Assembly (NCBI GenBank): GCA_030141605.1
Contig: JAQGDQ010000218.1
Span: 1-64,000, forward strand
Source: Tubiluchus corallicola
Taxonomy: Eukaryota; Animalia; Priapulida
Direction of reading: 5' to 3'
DNA: 64,000 nucleotides
Part shown: in pieces, positions 12,780-64,000 of the stretch
How positions within the stretch are numbered: the stretch's first letter is position 1
Layout: every line of letters starts with the position of its first letter
The notes under the pieces: generated by a model
Databases searched by the model: none
The model's input: the letters and a program-made list of their open reading frames with translations, nothing else
What the model was told of the DNA's origin: nothing
Made by a program: the position numbers and the translations under genes

Positions 12780-13240
12780 AATAACATTCTTGCTTACTTG
12801 GTGACTTCATTAATGTGGTGGTTGAATGACAACTTATTATCCACTTCTTCTCCAAAGTCCCTTTTGCACTTAAGTCCATATTACAATTCCATACCGTCCC
12901 TGGTGCATGTCAATTTCTTGCTGCTGTAGGCGTGTCTCGTGGTTTGTTTCCACTTTTTCATACATAAAGCTTCTGTAGTGAAGGCTGACACTCGCCTAAA
13001 ATCAATATTTTATTGCAGTTTTAATTGCTGTGTGCATTTAGATTAGTGTGATAAAATCAGATTTTCTGTCTGACAAGACCTGTCAGACATGATGTAGTCA
13101 AGTTCATTGTGATTAGTTCCTTGATGCAAAGTTTTATATTTTCACCAGTGTAAAAATTTCATTCGCCATTCTTGAACTAAGCTAATACTCTTCATGTCAT
13201 CAGCAAACATTTAAACTCTGAATGTCACTTTATCTGGTAA
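12780..13240 (-). mobile_element. Third CR1-like LINE remnant
   Basis: Minus-strand MFADD at ~13196-13210 and LRGH/WN-like tail motifs near 12860-12960. Heavily decayed. Confidence 0.45.
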
Positions 13241-14363
13241 ATTAGTGGCATTCTACTGATCAATTTCAGAGTTAAAAAAACTGAAACAATAGATAAAAAA
13301 GCAATGAATCAAGATCAATAATTTTTTCATAAACATTAAAATAACTGTTTATTTTACCACCACATGGAGAAATTTAACATAATGTACAATATACTAACAT
13401 ATTATATTATACAAAAAGTTACATATGCATGTAACATATTTGTAACACATACATTATGTTACAGAGCCTTGAAAAGCTGAAGCTTGTAAGAGAAACCCTG
13501 AGATGTGAATTATTACTAGTTGTTAGTGCAGAAATGGTGCAATGAACTTAAAAATGAGAGCTTCAAAATGCATGAGAGAGAGAGATAGAGTGACATGACG
13601 ATATCATGTGTAGTGCAACAACGATGTTACTACTTATATGTTTTAATCAAAATTGCCAAAGAAGTATGATTTGAATTTTTGTAAAAATGGTAAAGTTTTA
13701 CAGTTTTTTACTAGTCGCTGAATTGGAAGATCTTTGTAAGCTTTAATATTTTGATGAAGTGAAGCATTTGATGAAGTCACATTTAATTGTACAGATTAAG
13801 TATACTAATTAGCTTTTCAGAATCAGGGAGACTTTGAAAAGACATAATCATGCCTGTGCATAGTTCAGACAAATTATAAATCACCAGTTTGATGAAAAAC
13901 ATGCTTACATTAGAAAGACGTAAATTAAACTCCAAAATCCGAAAAAGTTAACTGTAAGCTTGAAGTTTGCCATTCAGTATCACTATATTTTTTATAAAGA
14001 CTCATCAAAGAGTTGTATTAAACGTTTTTGTGTTCTATTTACATACTAATTCTAACAGTGTATGGAGTCTATGGTTAAAAAGGGATGTAAATGCTTTTTA
14101 TAATGTGCAATGTAAAAGAAGAAATATGCAAAAATAATATAAACTTAAAGTCGCTCTCTTTTAGAAAGGTGAGATGATCTTTAATAAAAAATGGAAACTG
14201 CAAAATCATCGTTGTAAGTCTAGATCATTTCAAATTTTGTTTTTTTATTTAGGCATGTAGGTTTAATGCATCAAGTCTAAAACGACTTCACTCACGTGTC
14301 AAGCAAAGTGACGATTGACTCTTGGACTTTTGAAAATGCTAAGTCTGGGTAAGTGATGCAAAA

Positions 14364-14496
14364 ATTGTATTAATGTAATGAATTGGGGTACCGCCTCCGA
14401 ATACATTACATTGGCTACCCTTTCGACCCACAGTTTATAAAGTATCCAGCCTAATATATTCAGAGGAGTTACCCTAATTCATTGCAGTAACACAAT
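14364..14496. repeat. 133-bp hairpin (inverted repeat), possible miniature foldback element
   Basis: The 45-nt arm ATTGTATTAATGTAATGAATTGGGGTACCGCCTCCGAATACATTA pairs with 14452-14496 at 37/45. Confidence 0.8.
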
Positions 14497-15759
14497 GGAA
14501 TTAATTACAATGGCGATTATTATTTCAGACAATAAGTGACCAGGACATTATGCATTCATGCTCTGCTGTTATTTGGTGCATGAATGCATAACTCACTCGA
14601 TGTTTAAGAACATTCTAGCTGGATTTAGTTAAAAAGTTTTTCCAGCCACTTAGAACTATAAAATTAATATATTTCGTGCAGTAAAACAAACTAAAAGCAA
14701 AAACACCATGACAAAAACTTGTATGGGTGTTTTGGTGATTAAAAGAATGAAATTCCGGGTTAGGCCTGACACGAAAAGACAAAGTATAAGGAACTGTAAG
14801 AATGATTTGTTAAAGGTTTTAATGTGATTTTCCTTAGAAACGAATATTAGTTAATGCATACATTTATGCTATTTTTTATTTGAATTTATTCCATTCACGC
14901 AGAGCTAGATTAACGATTTTAGCACTCCATAACAATTATGATGATAATGTTGTTATTGATATTGATGGTGATGATCAATGATGGTGAGTGCAGGGGTCAT
15001 CAAAAAAGCAGTCACATTTCATTTTTGACCATGTCTTGTCATACATTTGTCTTTCGAGCTGTTCGCAAACGTGTATCTTGAAACAAGTGATCGAAATTTA
15101 GCAGAGTTGCTGACGTGTCCTTAAACTAAAAGTGAGTTCAGAATGCCAAGGTCAAGGTCATTGAGAAAGTTGGTAACTGTTACCTGACTTATAAAAAAGA
15201 TGTGTATTGAATGAAGTCAAAGGGCAAAAGGTAACAAGACTGAGAAAGATTACAAAGTAACTTGTAGATTTTACATATCTGAAAAGAAACTAAATAGTAG
15301 GCCTAATGAAAATGTAACTAAACTTAGCAGCAGACTGTCTTTCATGTGCCTTGTGCAGTACTGGTAACTCTGCATTGAATCGTGAAGATTGCGTAGCAAG
15401 TAAAAAAAACATCACAGCTTATGTGTGCATTCAAAACATTGCGATGCAAACGATTGAAATATGACATGAGTGAATGTAGAGGACTTCTCCTTTACAAGTA
15501 CTGTTAATATCCTGCTTTGATGTTCATACAAGTTTGCATGAATTTTCATTTGTTTTAACTGAAAATGTACATATGCATAATGATTCTTACTTTTTAGCAA
15601 AAAATAACTAGATCTGTAAAATTTGCTTTGAAAACACTTTTGGTAGGTTTTTTCTAATTAATAATATTGTTCTTTTTCATCTGGTCTGCCGTAAAAATTA
15701 CTCTGTGATGATACTGTATTGACTGTTAAAGACTATTTTATTAGCAAAGCAGAATCATT

Positions 15760-16552
15760 CAGTGGCATAGCTAAGGGAAGCTGATGTGCACCTTTCAGAA
15801 GGCGGCATTTAAATCAAGTACACTGAAAAAGTTGATTCTGTTGGAACAGTATAAGTGTATTACAAAGTTTGAGTACAGTAGCCAAATGTTGTCTAATTTG
15901 TGCATTGATAATTGTTGTAGTCGTAGTGACGCATAATCTGTCAGTCTTAATTTATGAATCTATTGGTGTAGGCATTATGAAGTTTACATTTTCATTGTTT
16001 TAGAAATCGTTCATATTTGCAGATGCCGGGGTTTGATATTATTAACATTAATCTAATGAACATTTACACATTTTTCGACATATTTGTGTAGTTTTTGCCT
16101 GACATAATTTCTTTTTCAATGAAATCACTGCTCAGAGCACGTATTATTGAAAGATTGCAGTTGTTACAAAGGAAGATGATAATTAGTAATTTAATATCTT
16201 TGTAATATTTACACGTTTTTCTTTTCTTTGTTTTCAAAATATCTGTGCAGGTGCATTGGGTTTACTGTGAAGTATCATTATGATAATATTCTTTCTTGAG
16301 TAAACATTTGCAGAAACTTCTCACAGGGCCTATCGTAGCTTTTGAAGCATGCGGAGAGTAATTGCTTCACAAATTTTTTTTCGGTAATACTTTATTCTTT
16401 TATATATCTCCACCATTGACTTATCACAACTACAGTGCAACACTGTGTAATTTTACAAATTTAAAATCACAAGGTTGTTACGTTGTATTTTTCATCAGGG
16501 GAGGGGCCAAACTCGTGCCACCCTGGGTGCCGCAAGCCTAGCTATGCCACTG
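15760..16552. mobile_element. hAT-type MITE, family A copy 1
   Basis: Perfect 14-bp TIR CAGTGGCATAGCTA...TAGCTATGCCACTG with GC-rich subterminal GGGTGCC/GGCGGCA motifs. The interior is collinear with 24893-25717. Confidence 0.85.
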
Positions 16553-16832
16553 TGTACATTGTTTATACATAAACATCAAAGTCTGTTTAAACAATTATAC
16601 ATAAATGTCAAATCTGTTTAATCACAGATATACGTGTGCATCGTGTGTTAGCAGATTATTGCAAATACAATTTTTCTTTGCTGAAAGCAATCTGGTCAAT
16701 TTTTTGCAGACTATTTGAAAAAAATCGGTAGCTGAAACTTGAAGAGACTTCTAGGAAACGATCTAAAAGAAATATACTATATTAGCTAACCATTCAAAGT
16801 AGTTCTTCAGAACTAAATGCTGGTGCATGTAA

Positions 16833-17834
16833 ATGATGTACGATCTCTTTACTGTGGTAACGGCTTGCCTGGTCGCGTTCTTCTCGGCTATTTTGACTTT
16901 ACGCTTGCACACAGCTTCGAAAGGTTGGCTGAAATCCAAAGATATGATGTATCGAAAAACAGTTTTAATCACCGGAGCTAGTTCTGGTATTGGATTCCAA
17001 GTTGCAAAAGAAATTGCTCGTCGTGGAGCAAAGATGATTGCAGTCAGTTGGAATGGAGATGATCTGAAGCATTTAAAAAGTGTAAAAGAAGCACTGCTAA
17101 CAGTTTCTCCCAATGGTGAAATAACAGTGAAAACTGTAGATCTAGCAAGCGCATTATCGGTACGAAAACTAGCTGAAGAAATTGTCCGTGAATATGCTGT
17201 TATTCATGTTTTGGTGAACAATGCTGGAACAGTGCCACCTATGAATTATAAGGCTCAGCTAACAGACTATGGTGTGGAGTATCATTATGCTGCAAATTAC
17301 TTTGGACACTTTCTGTTGACAAATCTAATTCTCGATTTGTTAAAACGTTCAAAACAAGGCCGAATCATAAACACAACTTCACACGTACATAAGGATGGAA
17401 AAATTGAATTTGGAAACTTTGACTGTAGTAAATGGACTCCATCCTTTCATCAACTATATTATAACACAAAATTACAGATGGCATTATTTACTGTAGAGCT
17501 AGCTAGACAGTTAGATGGAACTAATGTGACGGCAAACTGTGTACACCCTGGGATTGTAGAAGATACAAATATATTTGCATCTGTACCAACTTTGGTGAAA
17601 TTTGGAGCAAAAATCTTTTATTGGCCAATTTCCAAGACTGTGGAGCATGGTGCACAAACAACGCTTTACTGCTGTATTGCTCCTGAGCTTAGTAACATTA
17701 CAGGAGCATATTTCGTTGACTGCAAATCGGCTAGGCTTTCTGATAAGGCTTCTGATATTCAAGTTGCCCAGAAGCTGTGGTATGAAAGTGAAAAAGTCAC
17801 CAAGTTAAAGACTGTTCAGAAACCATTTACATAA
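16833..17834 (+). CDS. Short-chain dehydrogenase/reductase, retinol dehydrogenase 11-14/DHRS13-like (single-exon CDS, 333 aa)
   Basis: N-terminal hydrophobic anchor, TGASSGIG cofactor motif, VDLAS, VLVNNAG, NYFGHFLLTNLILDLLK, catalytic S and YYNTK (YxxxK), VHPGIV, GAQTTLYC, and a KLWYESEK tail typical of this subfamily. The exact orthologue cannot be assigned. Confidence 0.93.
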   Translation: MMYDLFTVVTACLVAFFSAILTLRLHTASKGWLKSKDMMYRKTVLITGASSGIGFQVAKEIARRGAKMIAVSWNGDDLKHLKSVKEALLTVSPNGEITVKTVDLASALSVRKLAEEIVREYAVIHVLVNNAGTVPPMNYKAQLTDYGVEYHYAANYFGHFLLTNLILDLLKRSKQGRIINTTSHVHKDGKIEFGNFDCSKWTPSFHQLYYNTKLQMALFTVELARQLDGTNVTANCVHPGIVEDTNIFASVPTLVKFGAKIFYWPISKTVEHGAQTTLYCCIAPELSNITGAYFVDCKSARLSDKASDIQVAQKLWYESEKVTKLKTVQKPFT

Positions 17835-20288
17835 TGAAAGGCAAATTTAAAGCTATGTTGGTAAAATTTAGTGGTTGTCATTAGTTATGCATAAAATAAT
17901 AATAATAATGCTTAAAGCATATAATACATGGTCATTAACCATGTGTACATCTATGCATGCAATTTTTGGAAATGATTAATAGTAACAAATAGTTGAAAAT
18001 GAGGTTAGATAATTTTTCAACATTGCTTGATCTGTGCTCTTAATCTTAACTGTATCAGAACTGTTCACTCTTACACATTAGGCGTGTGTCAGACACATGT
18101 TAACTCTTTTACATGCGCAGGCACGCCAAATTTCATTTCTCAGCCATTTCGCAAATTCACACTGAAGTTTGCAAAATCACCTGGCTTCCTTCACCATGCG
18201 TACCAACCAAAACAAAATTAGTAATACTACTGGCAATGATAATGGTAGCTTTTATGAATCTAACTATGTATATTGTACTAAAGAGTTTTAAAATTTAAAA
18301 TTAGTACTTTTGGGTGCTATTGAGCTTTTTTTCATATACAAAAGAATTTATATATACATAGTGCATAGTGAACTGTAATATCAGCATAAGACAGCTCAGT
18401 AGTACTCAAAATTGCCTTAACTTTTTTTATATATTTTGATTTTGGCATGCAAAAATGCCAAAATTTCTGGATTGTTATTTGCCCCTTAGACTCTTTCGGG
18501 GAGCAAGATGATCTTTGGGCTTCCTAAGTCTCACACTCATGGTTGGTTAGTTATAAGTTCTTTGGGAAGTGCTTAAGTGTCAAACAAGCAGGCATGAAAT
18601 CAATATGTAAAATGACTTTTCCAATTAGAGATACTGAATATAAAAGTAACAGCTATAATTATTTGGAAATACCATTTACCAATTACTTTTTTTATACTAT
18701 TTTTTACTATGACTAAGGAAACCCAAATGTAAAATTGTTTTATGTTGTGCTAATTTATTGGAAAATAGGGTGAATTTTAACTTTCTGTTAAGTAAATTTA
18801 CACAGGCTTGGAGACTAAGCTAAATGTAGAGGTTTTTCTCGTTTAAACTAATAGCTTATAAAACATTTGGAACTTAGAAGCACTTTGGTACTGTTTGTAG
18901 ATTTGTGTTTTGAACTTTTTGTGTTCACTATTTTCTTTTAAGATAATTATTGCTAGGAATTTACATATGCTGTTAAGCACGCATTACATTATACCGGCAA
19001 ATTGCGAACAAAAATTGCACGATTTTATTGAGCCATAATTGCACAAATGTAATCAGTAGTTTGCAGATAGGCTTTGTTGTCATCCTTAACTCTTGAGGTA
19101 AACCTAGAGTAATTTAATGCACTGTAATGCTTTTAGGTTTCTGTTATGACACTTGGCATAACATAATTATTGATACACTTGATGTTTTAATGAAGCAACC
19201 TTCATGAAAATGGTTTATAAACTGTTCAAATAGTGCTTGAAACATTTTCCCCATTTATTAAAGCATACAAAGAGAAGTTGATTTTAACTAAAGCAACAAA
19301 TTTTGTTTTTGTTCTTTCTGAAACAAAGTATGGTATCACAGGTATGCATTTATGCACTCTCAGCGGCACATATAAATGATATGCATTTATGCGTGCACCT
19401 TTGTTTTGTCACACAAGTTGATTTTATGGCCAGTTTGCAAACCCTTTATTGCTATGCTAATTGAGAGAATTGTATGCTGTAATTATTGGCTGTGCATTGC
19501 TGATAGGTTGTCGTATCCCCGCTTGCGATGCATTTCATTGCTTGTCAGCTGTATAATGGAGAACTGTGCAAGTGTTAGTTTCAGATTATTGTGAAATCTT
19601 TTTCCAAAAAATTTAGTACAAGATTTATTCATGGCATGAGTACCATCAGATGGAACTAGTGTTTTACACTCATTTGAATGAAAGTCATTGTACATTGTTG
19701 AACTACATGTTGCAGTAATTTGTAGTTTCACTGTATTTATTTACTACAGTTGAACGACATATTATCGAAAGTCTGTTTTGTTAGCTAATTGGTGACATTT
19801 TTGTAGTTGTATGTGTGAAGATCGTCTGAGATTCATTTATAGGGTGTAAACCAGAAGTCGTTTGCTGCCTTTCAGACTTCACAGTTTAAACTTCTTTACT
19901 GTTACTTCACTTGCTGTCACTATTATTGTCATTTTACTTATAAAACAGTGGGTGGAGTCCTGACAGACTACAAAACTATGAGTAGATTCCTCACAGACAA
20001 ATGTATTAATGCTGCATAAATTAAAGGATATCAAGTATAGTTTCTAAACTCCTTATTAGGTGTGAAATGCTTTTTGTGGAATCTCTCCAACTAGTAAAAA
20101 TAACCTTTAAAGGTTTCATGTTTTTTAGTTACTTACCATTTAATAGCCGAAACCACTTTTTTGACTTTGAAACTAATTGCCATTAAATATAAGTACTTCG
20201 AAGTAGACGAATTAGTGCATAAACTGAGGTATAATAAATTGTAAAGATTTAAAATGTTAAGTTTTATTACATTTTTATTGCTTTTCAG

Positions 20289-64000
<43,712 letters not shown>

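Noticed and set aside
16763-17808. ORFs overlapping the SDR on the opposite strand or in other frames
   Set aside because: Shadow ORFs of a real CDS, with no motifs of their own.

Overview
AT-rich animal (probably invertebrate) genomic DNA with spliceosomal introns; the species cannot be determined from sequence alone. Four genes are recognisable: a 3-coding-exon Rab9 (+), an intronless POFUT2 (-), an intronless RDH11-14-type short-chain dehydrogenase (+), and a large rootletin/CROCC gene (+, 23 phase-consistent exons from 20289, running off the window end). Introns and intergenic DNA carry decayed CR1- and RTE-type LINE pieces and several MITEs (hAT-, Tc1/mariner- and Harbinger-type ends). 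The most unusual signals lie inside rootletin introns. (1) A ~750-nt ORF encodes a ZAD/zf-AD-like C2C2 zinc-binding domain and ends at a GC-type donor exactly in frame with the next rootletin exon. (2) Two further short ATG-to-donor exons join rootletin in frame, one behind a GC-box/CCAAT/Inr promoter. (3) A 90%-identical inverted copy of one exon and its acceptor lies 2.5 kb downstream. (4) A tandem array consists of duplicated splice donors. Together these suggest a multi-promoter rootletin with swappable N-terminal heads. This is inference from splice signals and reading phase, with no transcript data. All coordinates were read by eye and may be off by a few bases.
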